Positions 52,828 to 61,230 of a stretch of 64,000 bases of DNA are shown here, one piece after another; the stretch's first letter is position 1, and every line of letters begins with the position of its first letter. Position numbers and translations under genes: made by a program. The notes beneath the pieces are model-generated. The model was not told the DNA's origin and did no database searches. It worked only from the letters and a program-made list of their open reading frames with translations. The stretch is from an uncultured delta proteobacterium (GTDB lineage: Bacteria; Myxococcota; Myxococcia; Myxococcales; Myxococcaceae), in the NCBI GenBank assembly GCA_963796055.1, contig CAWCKH010000002.1:1-64000 (forward strand), in the 5' to 3' direction.

Positions 52828-53463
52828 CTAAACGTGTCCTGGCCCGGCTGGGGCCTTGGAGGCGGCGGCGGCGGCAGGGGCCGGCTCCGTCTTCCGCTCT
52901 GCTTCCTGTTGTGCCGCCCGTTGCCTGGCCAGATCGCGCGCCCGCTGGGCGACCTTGGGGTTGGGGGCGAGGATCATGAACATCTGCCGGCCTTCCATTC
53001 GGGGCACCTGCTCCACCACCCCGACCTCTTTCACGTCCTTGATGACGTCTTCGAGCAACGCCTGGCCGAGCTCCTTGTGGGTGATCTCCCGGCCCCGGAA
53101 CATGATGGTGATGCGCGCCTTGTTCCCCTCCTCGAGGAAGCGCTTCACGTTCCGGACCTTGAACTCGTAGTCGTGCTCCTCCGTCTTCGGCCGCATCTTC
53201 ACCTCCTTGAGGTGAACCACGACCTGCTTCTTCTTCGCCTCCGATGCCCGCTTCTTCTCCTCGTACTTGAAGCGGCCGTAATCCATGATCTTGCAGACCG
53301 GAGGCTTGGCCATGGGGTTGACCTCCACGAGGTCCATCCCGAACTGATTGGCCTGCTCCAGTGCCGCTTCGATCGTCAAAACACCCAGCTGCTCGCCAGC
53401 GGGCCCGACCACGCGCACTTCACGGGCGCGGATCCGCCGGTTCGTTCTCTGGTCGCGAGCGAT
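52828..53463 (-). CDS. infC: Translation initiation factor IF-3 (ATC start, C-terminal extension)
   Basis: RTNRRIRAREVRVV, PPVCKIMDYG, FRGRE; GGAGG RBS 9 nt before an in-frame ATC at 53463. Confidence 0.95.
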   Translation of the reverse strand: MARDQRTNRRIRAREVRVVGPAGEQLGVLTIEAALEQANQFGMDLVEVNPMAKPPVCKIMDYGRFKYEEKKRASEAKKKQVVVHLKEVKMRPKTEEHDYEFKVRNVKRFLEEGNKARITIMFRGREITHKELGQALLEDVIKDVKEVGVVEQVPRMEGRQMFMILAPNPKVAQRARDLARQRAAQQEAERKTEPAPAAAAASKAPAGPGHV

Positions 53464-53526
53464 GTGAGTCGACCTCCAGCTGGGGGAAGCCTGCCCGTGT
53501 AGGCGCAGGGGTCCAAAAGGCGGGGC

Positions 53527-53554
53527 AAGATACTTGCCTGACGCCCCAAGTCAA
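53527..53554 (-). promoter_or_regulatory. Putative sigma70-type promoter for infC-rpmI-rplT
   Basis: TTGACT-N16-TATCTT on the minus strand. Confidence 0.55.
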
Positions 53555-53605
53555 GCGAGCCCTCCGGTTCTCCCCATAGCGCGGAAAGGCGCACACTGCA
53601 CGGCG

Positions 53606-55312
53606 ATGCGAGCCTTGCTGACCCTGGTCCTGGCCGGGTGGACGGTGTCGGCCTCGGCAGCCCCCCGCTCGGGAGGGGACACCTCGACGGGGCTTCTCTT
53701 CCACGACACCTGTGCGGGGGGCAAGGCCCCGGTCTGCAGCCGGCTGGGGCGGATGTTCATGCCCGGGTTTGTGACCCGGAACGAGCAGAGGGCGCTCCGG
53801 GCGTCCAAGGCCTACTGCGAGCTGCTGGGGACGCCCTGGGAGTGTCTGGATGCCCGGGAGCGGGTGCTTCGCCAGCGGCCTCCGGACCTGCCAGCCGCGG
53901 CGCGGTTCGCCGAGGGGGCGTGCAAGTCCGGCTCCCCGCGGGGCTGCGTGCTCTGGGCGGAAGCGGTGGGGTGTGGCCGGGGTGTCCCGGCCGACGTGAA
54001 GAAGGGGCTCGGGGTGCTCCGGCGCCAGTGCGAGCAGAGCCCGCAGGCCTGTCTCGAGCTGGCGGTGTGGCTGGACTTCCCGGGGGCAGCGGCGGCGCTG
54101 GACGGCTCGCCGGCCAAGGCGAGCGCGACCTACGTGGCGGCGGAGATCGCGCTCACCAACGACCGCGTGGACCGCGCCGCCGAACTCCTGGCGCTGCTCC
54201 CCAGGAGCCAGTCGCCATGGCCCGAGCGACGGGCATTCCTCTCCGCGATGATCGGGCTGGCGCGCCGTGACCAGGCGGCCTTCCGTGCCGGGGTGAAGCA
54301 GCTCCAGACGCTGAAGCCGGACGAGCGGGTGACGCGTATCCTGGGGCGAGTGGCGTCGGGCGACTGGACGGCCGGGTGGATGCCAGCGCTGATCTCCGCC
54401 TGGACGGAGGAGCGGAAGCCCGAGCTGAAGGGTGACCCGTTCCTCCTCCCCTCCTTCGAGCCTCAGTCCACCTGCATCCCGGACGAGCGTGAGCCCGCGA
54501 ACGCTGGATCACCGGACACCGTGGAGGGCTTCGTGACCCGCCTCGCGCACCGGTTCCACGGTCGGCCGAGGCTGCCACCCCCGCGCGCGCTGCTCGAGGC
54601 GGCGCAGATCCACGCGGCGGGACGGGACGACGGGGTGCGGCTGATCGCCCTGTCGCTGCTGGTCGAGCCGTTCCTCACCGCCGAGCAGCGGGAGCAGTCA
54701 CGCGCTCCTGCCGCGGCGACCCTTGCCGCCCTGGCCGACGCACACCCGCGGGAGCCGTTCTTCCAGCTCGCGGCGGTGGCAGGCCCGGACGCCGAGACTG
54801 CGCCGGTGGGGGTCCCGGCGCTCGAGCGACTGGAACGCCTGACCAAGCTCGGACAGCTGCGCTTCCCCGGCCGCCTCTTGCAGCAGACGCTGGAGCGCTA
54901 CCTCGCGCCCGACGACTTCTCGGACTTCGGGCTGAGCACCGCGGTGGAGGTGGTGCTGGACATCGACCTCGAGCGGTACCTGGAGCGGGTGCTGAACGAG
55001 GCCGGAGCCCCCGAGCGCCGGGTGGCGGTGGTCCGGACCCTGGCGTGGCAGATGTCCCGGAGCGAGTGGCTGGTGCATCTCTTCACCGGAGCGCGGCTCC
55101 TGTCGGCCGTCGCCGAACGCACCGGCAGCGACGCCGACCGGGCGCTGGCGGCATCAACTCTCGCCCATGGCCAGCGGCTGTGGAGCAGCTGGACGACCTT
55201 CCCCCGGATGGGGCGGTGGCCGGCATCCGCGCTTCCGGACGAGCTGCGGGCCCGCGGGTTCGAGGACGAGGTGGGAGTGCTCGAGCGCTACGCGGCGATG
55301 GGTGCGGAGTGA
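53606..55312 (+). CDS. Secreted protein with Cys-rich Sel1-like repeats
   Basis: Signal peptide MRALLTLVLAG; ACKSGSPRGC...GRGVPADVKKG...QCEQSPQAC. Confidence 0.7.
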   Translation: MRALLTLVLAGWTVSASAAPRSGGDTSTGLLFHDTCAGGKAPVCSRLGRMFMPGFVTRNEQRALRASKAYCELLGTPWECLDARERVLRQRPPDLPAAARFAEGACKSGSPRGCVLWAEAVGCGRGVPADVKKGLGVLRRQCEQSPQACLELAVWLDFPGAAAALDGSPAKASATYVAAEIALTNDRVDRAAELLALLPRSQSPWPERRAFLSAMIGLARRDQAAFRAGVKQLQTLKPDERVTRILGRVASGDWTAGWMPALISAWTEERKPELKGDPFLLPSFEPQSTCIPDEREPANAGSPDTVEGFVTRLAHRFHGRPRLPPPRALLEAAQIHAAGRDDGVRLIALSLLVEPFLTAEQREQSRAPAAATLAALADAHPREPFFQLAAVAGPDAETAPVGVPALERLERLTKLGQLRFPGRLLQQTLERYLAPDDFSDFGLSTAVEVVLDIDLERYLERVLNEAGAPERRVAVVRTLAWQMSRSEWLVHLFTGARLLSAVAERTGSDADRALAASTLAHGQRLWSSWTTFPRMGRWPASALPDELRARGFEDEVGVLERYAAMGAE

Positions 55313-55460
55313 GGCCCCACGCGGCGCAGTTCTCCGCACACGGCGCACCTACAGCAGCCTGCACGGTGCGTTTTCGAGCGAAGCAACACGAGCTCGAGAG
55401 GTGTTGCATCCGGGTCCACGGGGCCGACGAAACAAAGCCAAACTTCCGGGACACAGGACG

Positions 55461-55475
55461 TGGCACGAGGGATGC
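55461..55475 (+). promoter_or_regulatory. Putative sigma54 (-24/-12) promoter
   Basis: TGGCACGAGGGATGC (GG-N10-GC); equivalent motif upstream of the paralog at 57799. Confidence 0.7.
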
Positions 55476-55511
55476 GATGGACGGGGGCGTCTCGTCTCTG
55501 GAGGTCGCACC

Positions 55512-55694
55512 GTGAACAGCTCCCCCGCCGCCGTCTCGCCTGTTGTCGTCCGTTGGGTCTCGCTGCTGGCGCTCGGCTACGTCGCCGCCAGCACCCTCCT
55601 CGTCCGGGACTACATCGTCCAGACCCGGACGGCGATTCACTCCCAGGCGGCCCGGCCGGCGCCCGTGAACGACTCGGCGTACGCCAACCGCTGA
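55512..55694 (+). CDS. 60-aa single-TM small protein (paralog A)
   Basis: GGAGG RBS, GTG start; 27 of the last 47 aa identical, ungapped, to 57799..57993. Confidence 0.8.
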   Translation: MNSSPAAVSPVVVRWVSLLALGYVAASTLLVRDYIVQTRTAIHSQAARPAPVNDSAYANR

Positions 55695-55703
55695 GCGAGC
55701 TCT

Positions 55704-57632
55704 CTAGGGCGCGGAGGCTTCCTTCGAGAGCAGCTCGAGGAACGCGTCGAGCGGCATGCTCTTGAGGTCCTCGCCTCCGTAGCGCCGCGGGGCGACCGCG
55801 CGCTGCTCCACCTCCCGATCGCCGATGACCAGGGTGAAGGGGATCTTCTGGAGCTGGGCCTCGCGGATCTTCGCGTTCATCGTCATCCCGCGATCGTCCA
55901 GCTCGGCGCGGAAGCCACGGCAACGAAGCAGCTCGAGCACCTCGCGGGCGTAGGGCAGCTGGCGGTCGGCGACCGTGACCAGCTGGACCTGGATCGGTGC
56001 GAGCCAGGTGGGGAACGCCCCGGCGTAGTGCTCGACCAGGATGGCGATGAAGCGCTCGAAGCTGCCGTAGATGGCACGGTGGAGGACGACCGGGCGGTGC
56101 TCGGCGTTGTCCTCGCCGACGTAGGAGAGCTCGAAACGCTCGGGGGCGTTGTAGTCGGCCTGGATGGTGCCCAGCTGCCAGGTGCGCCCGATGCTGTCCT
56201 TCACGTGGAAGTCGAGCTTGGGGCCGTAGAAGGCGCCGTCGCCCGGGTTCTGCTCGTACTCGATGCCGAGCGATTTCACCGCCGACTCCAGCGCCGCCTC
56301 GGCACGGTCCCAGAGCGCGTCGTCGCCGATGCGCTGCGGCGGGCGGGTGCCGAACTTGGCGACGTACGTCAGGCCGAACGCGGCGTAGACCTTGTCCAGG
56401 AGCTGGATGAAGCGCTTCACCTCGTCGGCGAGCTGTCCCTCGGTGCAGTAGATGTGCGCGTCGTCCTGGGCGAACTGCCGGACCCGGGTGAGGCCGCTGA
56501 GGCTGCCCGACGCCTCGTTCCGGTGCAGCACGTCCTGGGTGGCGTACCGCAGCGGCAGCTCGCGGTAGCTGTGCTTCCGGGACGCGAAGTACAGATGGTG
56601 CGAGGGGCAGTTCATCGGCTTCAGGCTGAAGTCGTGCTCGCCGGTCTCCTTGTCGAGGACCAGGAACATGTTCTCGCGGTACTTGCCCCAGTGGCCGCTC
56701 TTCTCCCAGAGCGCCTTGTTGTAGAGGAGCGGGGTCTTGATCTCCTGGTAGCCGTTCTCGCGGGTCCAGCGACGGATCTGGTCGGCGAGCACCTGGTAGA
56801 GGACGGTTCCCTTCGGGCTCCAGAAGGCGGCGCCGGGGGCCTCGGGGAAGAACTCGAACAGGTCGAGCTCCCGGCCGAGCTTCCGGTGGTCGCGCTTCTT
56901 CGCCTCCTCCTGCTGCTTCAGCCAGGCGTCGAGCTCCTTCTTGTCGAAGAAGGCGGTGCCGTAGATGCGCTGGAGCATCGGATTGCGGTGGTCGCCGCGC
57001 CAGTACGCGCCGCTGGTGCTCAGCAGCTTGATGACGCCGATCTTTCCGGTCGACGGACCATGCGGGCCGAGGCAGAAGTCGACCCAGTCGCCGTGGCGGT
57101 AGAGAGTCAGCGTCGTGGCGCCCTTGGCGACGATGTCCTCGATGATTTCCACCTTGAACTTCTCGCCCTTGGACTCGAAGAGCTGGATCGCGTCGGCGAC
57201 GTTCACCTCCTCACGGACGAAGGGGAGGTTCTGGGCGACCTCCTTGTTGGCCTCCGCCTCGATCGCCTCGAGCTCCTCCGGGGTGAACGGCTTGTCGCGG
57301 AAGAAGTCGTAGTAGAAGCCGCCGTCGATCGTCGGGCCGATGGTGACCTGGGTCCCGGGGAAGAGCTTCTGGACGGCGCTGGCCACCACGTGCGCGGCGT
57401 CGTGACGGATGGTGTCCAGGGCCTCCGGAGTCCTGGAGGTGAGAATCTCCAGCTTCCCGTTCTCGGTCAGCGGCCGCGAGAGGTCGACCTCGTTGCCATT
57501 GAAGCGCGCGAGGACCGCCGCCTTGGCCAGGCCGGGGCCGATGGACTCCTTGACGAAGTCCCCGACGCGGATGCCGACCGGGGCAGCCTTGGCGCTGCCG
57601 TCCGGGAGGGTGATCTGGATGCTGTCCGACAT
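55704..57632 (-). CDS. thrS: Threonine-tRNA ligase
   Basis: TGS domain, [41 protein letters not shown]. Confidence 0.98.
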   Translation of the reverse strand: MSDSIQITLPDGSAKAAPVGIRVGDFVKESIGPGLAKAAVLARFNGNEVDLSRPLTENGKLEILTSRTPEALDTIRHDAAHVVASAVQKLFPGTQVTIGPTIDGGFYYDFFRDKPFTPEELEAIEAEANKEVAQNLPFVREEVNVADAIQLFESKGEKFKVEIIEDIVAKGATTLTLYRHGDWVDFCLGPHGPSTGKIGVIKLLSTSGAYWRGDHRNPMLQRIYGTAFFDKKELDAWLKQQEEAKKRDHRKLGRELDLFEFFPEAPGAAFWSPKGTVLYQVLADQIRRWTRENGYQEIKTPLLYNKALWEKSGHWGKYRENMFLVLDKETGEHDFSLKPMNCPSHHLYFASRKHSYRELPLRYATQDVLHRNEASGSLSGLTRVRQFAQDDAHIYCTEGQLADEVKRFIQLLDKVYAAFGLTYVAKFGTRPPQRIGDDALWDRAEAALESAVKSLGIEYEQNPGDGAFYGPKLDFHVKDSIGRTWQLGTIQADYNAPERFELSYVGEDNAEHRPVVLHRAIYGSFERFIAILVEHYAGAFPTWLAPIQVQLVTVADRQLPYAREVLELLRCRGFRAELDDRGMTMNAKIREAQLQKIPFTLVIGDREVEQRAVAPRRYGGEDLKSMPLDAFLELLSKEASAP

Positions 57633-57744
57633 GGGAGGCGGATACCTACGGGATTGTTGCCCGTGGCGCCACAGCCCGGCTGGGCCGTCACCCCCAGCGC
57701 CACGCCCAGGGCAACAAATTCCCTAACACAGGCCACACAAAGGC

Positions 57745-57759
57745 CGGCACGGCGAATGC
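57745..57759 (+). promoter_or_regulatory. Putative sigma54 (-24/-12) promoter
   Basis: CGGCACGGCGAATGC (GG-N10-GC), followed by GATGGA as in copy A. Confidence 0.65.
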
Positions 57760-57798
57760 GATGGATGGGGCCGTTCTCGCCGTTGGAGGTCAAGCCCC

Positions 57799-57993
57799 AT
57801 GTCCCGCTCCGCCGCCGTCATTCCGTCTGCTCCCCGTTCCCACATCGCCCGCTGGGTTGCCCTTCTAGCCGTCGGCTACCTCGCGGGCAGCGCTCTCCTC
57901 GTTCGGGATTTCGTCGTGCAGAACCGGACGGCGACGCAGGCACAGGTGGCCCACGAGGCGGCCGTTTCCAGTCCCTCGTACGCGGCCCGCTAG
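57799..57993 (+). CDS. 64-aa single-TM small protein (paralog B)
   Basis: GGAGG RBS; RWVALLAVGYLAGSALLVRD core shared with paralog A. Confidence 0.8.
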   Translation: MSRSAAVIPSAPRSHIARWVALLAVGYLAGSALLVRDFVVQNRTATQAQVAHEAAVSSPSYAAR

Positions 57994-58108
57994 TACTCCC
58001 CTCGCGGGGCTGCATCAGCCCGATCCACCGGCGTCCCCGAGGTCCTGCACCTCGGTGCGTAAGACCTTGCGCCAGCGACCCCGAAGACTTGAGCCGTCTC
58101 AGATGCTG

Positions 58109-58180
<72 letters not shown>

Positions 58181-58220
58181 CGAAGAGGCAGGGGAAATAC
58201 CTGCCCGCCCCCCGGGGGTG

Positions 58221-58688
58221 TCAAGCACGCTCGACCCGGGCCGCGTAGCAGCCGCGCCCGGCGTTGTGCACATGGAGGTACGCCGTCCCGGGAACCGCGA
58301 GCAGTCGCTCGAAGAGCGGCGCCGCCTCCCGGCCGTTCACCACCACCCCATCGAGCATCTGTCCTGCCTGGTCGAACGCCCGGACCGAGAGCGTGCGGCG
58401 GGCGAGCACCTCCGGAACTTCGTTCACCTCTGGATGCGCTTCCTCGGCGCCATCCTCGACGAAGATCGCGTGCTGCGAGCGGTACGGGGTGGCGGCAGGC
58501 TGGTGCTCGAAGTTCAGGAGGAGCATCCGGGCACCACGCGGAGCGTCCCGGAGCGACACGCGACAGGGGAACCCCGGCGATTCGTCGGCGATCTTCACCT
58601 CGACCCCCCGCTTCACCAGCTCGGCCTCGGGCAGCCCGTAGAGCGGCCGGAACAAGGACGACGGCAGACCCACCACGCGAAACGCCAC
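58221..58688 (-). CDS. DUF1203-family protein
   Basis: PGFPCRVSLRDA, PYRSQHAIFV, YLHVHNAGRGCYAARV. Confidence 0.85.
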   Translation of the reverse strand: MAFRVVGLPSSLFRPLYGLPEAELVKRGVEVKIADESPGFPCRVSLRDAPRGARMLLLNFEHQPAATPYRSQHAIFVEDGAEEAHPEVNEVPEVLARRTLSVRAFDQAGQMLDGVVVNGREAAPLFERLLAVPGTAYLHVHNAGRGCYAARVERA

Positions 58689-58784
58689 GGCGCACCTCCT
58701 GATTCGATGTCGCCGGAGAGTGTGGCGCCGGGTGGCCTCGGTGGCGTTCTGCTTCCTGCGATCGAAGACCGATGGGCTCCGGCC

Positions 58785-59474
58785 TCAGCCCGCGAGCTCG
58801 AGCGCGCGCCGCAGCACGGCATCGAACATCGCCGGGGTGAGCCGTCCGGTCTGCGTGTTCTGCTGGCTCACGTGGTACGCGCCGACCAGCCGCGGTGCGC
58901 CGTCGAGCGACAGCTCCGCCCCGTGCGCGAACTTCGGCGCCGGACGCGGCACCGCGACGCCGCGCCCGCGGAGCACGCCCAGGACGGAAGACCAGGCAAT
59001 GGCCCCCAGCGCCAGCACCACCTGCGGGTGGAGGAGCTCGAGCTCCCGGGCGAGCCACGGTCCGCAGCGGGCGAGCTCGTCCGGACGCGGCACATTGTCC
59101 GGAGGGGCGCACCGCACGGCCAGCATCACCCACACTCCCTGGAGCCGGAGGCCGTCGTCCCGCGACTCGCTCCGCGCCTGATTCGCCAGCCGGGCCCGGT
59201 GCAGGGCCGCGTAGAGGAAGTCGCCCGAGCGATCCCCGGTGAAGACGCGTCCGGTCCGATTTCCACCGTGCGCCGCCGGCGCGAGGCCGACGATCGCCAG
59301 CCGCGCACGCGGATCACCCCACCCGGTAACCGGCCGTGCCCAGTACGTCCAGTCGCGGAACGCCCGCCGCTTCAGCCGGCCTACCTCCTCGCGCCAGCGC
59401 ACCAGCCGGGGACAGGCCACGCAGGTGGGGATGCACGCCTCGAGCGCCGTCAGGGTCCTCAGGCGAGGTGCCAC
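58785..59474 (-). CDS. Uracil-DNA glycosylase, family 5 (UdgB-like)
   Basis: CVACPRL, GLAPAAHGGNRTGRVFTGD, RCAPPDN, YHVSQQNTQTG; start estimated. Confidence 0.9.
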   Translation of the reverse strand: MAPRLRTLTALEACIPTCVACPRLVRWREEVGRLKRRAFRDWTYWARPVTGWGDPRARLAIVGLAPAAHGGNRTGRVFTGDRSGDFLYAALHRARLANQARSESRDDGLRLQGVWVMLAVRCAPPDNVPRPDELARCGPWLARELELLHPQVVLALGAIAWSSVLGVLRGRGVAVPRPAPKFAHGAELSLDGAPRLVGAYHVSQQNTQTGRLTPAMFDAVLRRALELAG

Positions 59475-59579
59475 CAAGGCGGGGCTCCGTACCAGTCCGC
59501 GAGGACAGACCGAACGCGCGCTCACCGGCAACCCTCGGCGCCCCAGCCGGAGAGCCGCGCCCGGGCGAACACCGGCCGC

Positions 59580-59697
59580 TGCCGAGAGGCTATAGCAACA
59601 ACCCTCACACTGGGTGACATCAAACGACCACGGTTCAGTGACTTGGAACCCGGCCTGACGTACTCTCCGTTATAGTTGTTGCTATAGCCTCTCGGCA
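59580..59697. repeat. Inverted-repeat cassette, copy 2 (perfect 23-bp arms, 72-bp spacer)
   Basis: TGCCGAGAGGCTATAGCAACAAC (59580-59602) / GTTGTTGCTATAGCCTCTCGGCA (59675-59697). Confidence 0.9.
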
Positions 59698-59766
59698 CCC
59701 GCGCCCGGCCCCCGGGCTCCGGCGCAGCCACCGATGGAGCCACCCCTGCCTCCACCCGCGGGCCGG

Positions 59767-60561
59767 TCATCGGCTCCCGCCGTCCCGTGCTCCGCCGCGC
59801 GAGACCACCGGCTGGGGAGTCGCTGAGGCGAGCTCATCGATCAACCGGCGCGCCGCCTCGGCCTGCGCGGGCTCGTCGCCCACGTCGACCATCAGCTCCG
59901 CGTCCGGATGCAGCAGCAGCATCCCGTGTACCTCGCCCGCGTCCACCCCGGCGGGCACCTCCACCCGCAGCGGCAGTCCGCAGACCCCGTCCGCCACGAC
60001 CGATGCGAGCGGCACCCGGATCCGCACCCGCGCCCGCCGCGGCACCGTGCTGCACTCGGCCGGAGCGCCGCCGATCCCCGACAGCTCCACACCGGAGAAC
60101 GCGCGCGCCCGGGTCCACTCCTCGCGCGTGGGCCACCCTCCCCTGCTCCACTGGACCGCCACCGGACGCAGGATGCGGAGGCGCGCCGCGAGGTCCTCCG
60201 TGAACGGCCCCTCCACGTCCACCGCGAGCCGTCCCGGCGACCAGCGCCGCACCCGCGCCACGTCCACCCCGCGCTCCTCGACCCACGGCCCCACCCGTCC
60301 GACGAACGGTGCCAGCGCGGGGGCGCCGAGCGGCGGCCGTACCCGGACGAACGCCGAGCCCGCGAGCCGCAACGTCTCCGCCGTGGACCGCCGGAGCCCG
60401 TTGCTCCGCGTGCGCAGCCAGAGCACCACCTCAGGCCGGGCGAGCGCGCGCAGCCGATCCGCCTCCAGCTCCTCCGAGGCCACCACGTGCATCCGGAACC
60501 CCGGCAGCACCCAGTCGGCAGGGCCCGCGGCCAGCACCACCGCCAGCGCCACCCAGCTCAC
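59767..60561 (-). CDS. Hypothetical secreted protein
   Basis: GTGA overlap with the upstream gene; short hydrophobic N-terminus. Confidence 0.55.
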   Translation of the reverse strand: MSWVALAVVLAAGPADWVLPGFRMHVVASEELEADRLRALARPEVVLWLRTRSNGLRRSTAETLRLAGSAFVRVRPPLGAPALAPFVGRVGPWVEERGVDVARVRRWSPGRLAVDVEGPFTEDLAARLRILRPVAVQWSRGGWPTREEWTRARAFSGVELSGIGGAPAECSTVPRRARVRIRVPLASVVADGVCGLPLRVEVPAGVDAGEVHGMLLLHPDAELMVDVGDEPAQAEAARRLIDELASATPQPVVSRGGARDGGSR

Positions 60562-61136
60562 GGGACCCGCCGCGCCGGGGCCACCCAGAGGTACCCCCAG
60601 CGCAGGAAGTACTGCGCGGTGCTGATCGCCACGCACAGCCCCGTGAAGTAGCCCGCAACCAGCAGCCAGGCGTGCAGCAGCGGCGAGTTGGTGAACGTCT
60701 GGTCGAAGAGCCCCAGCACCACGAAGCAGGTGAGCGCGAAGGTGGCGTACTTCCCGATCCGGGAGGGCGCCGCCGGCAGCTCCAGCCCCTTCCGCTTCAC
60801 CATCGCCGCGCCCGCCGCCATCGAACCGTCACGAAACGCGACCAGGAGCACCATCCACAGCGGCGCCTCGTGCTCGACGTAGAGCACGATCAGCGCCGCC
60901 CCGGCCAGCAGCTTGTCCGCGAGCGGATCCAGGAACGCACCGAGCTTCGTCCGCTGATCGAGCAGTCGCGCCAGGAACCCATCGAGCGAATCAGTCACCG
61001 CGGCCACCAGGAACACCACCAGAGCCCAGCCCGGCCTCCCGCCGAGGTGGAGCAGCACGAACACCGGCACCGCGAGCAGGCGTGCGTAGGTCAGCAGATT
61101 CGGGACGGTCCACTTGTCGGCGGGCACGGGCAGCAC
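60558..61136 (-). CDS. CDP-alcohol phosphatidyltransferase (PgsA-like)
   Basis: TVPNLLTYARL, TDSLDGFLAR...LGAFLDPLADK; start estimated. Confidence 0.92.
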   Translation of the reverse strand: MLPVPADKWTVPNLLTYARLLAVPVFVLLHLGGRPGWALVVFLVAAVTDSLDGFLARLLDQRTKLGAFLDPLADKLLAGAALIVLYVEHEAPLWMVLLVAFRDGSMAAGAAMVKRKGLELPAAPSRIGKYATFALTCFVVLGLFDQTFTNSPLLHAWLLVAGYFTGLCVAISTAQYFLRWGYLWVAPARRVP

Positions 61137-61230
61137 AGATGAGAGTCGATTCGCCGGGCCCCCGCAACGGTGCAGCCCGCGAGCATCCAAGGACTCGCCG
61201 GTGGGCCAGCACTCCAGAAAGAGACGGTTC

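Noticed and set aside
59580..59697. Integron attC site or retron ncRNA
   Set aside because: No RYYYAAC/GTTRRRY ends, and no integrase or reverse transcriptase in the window
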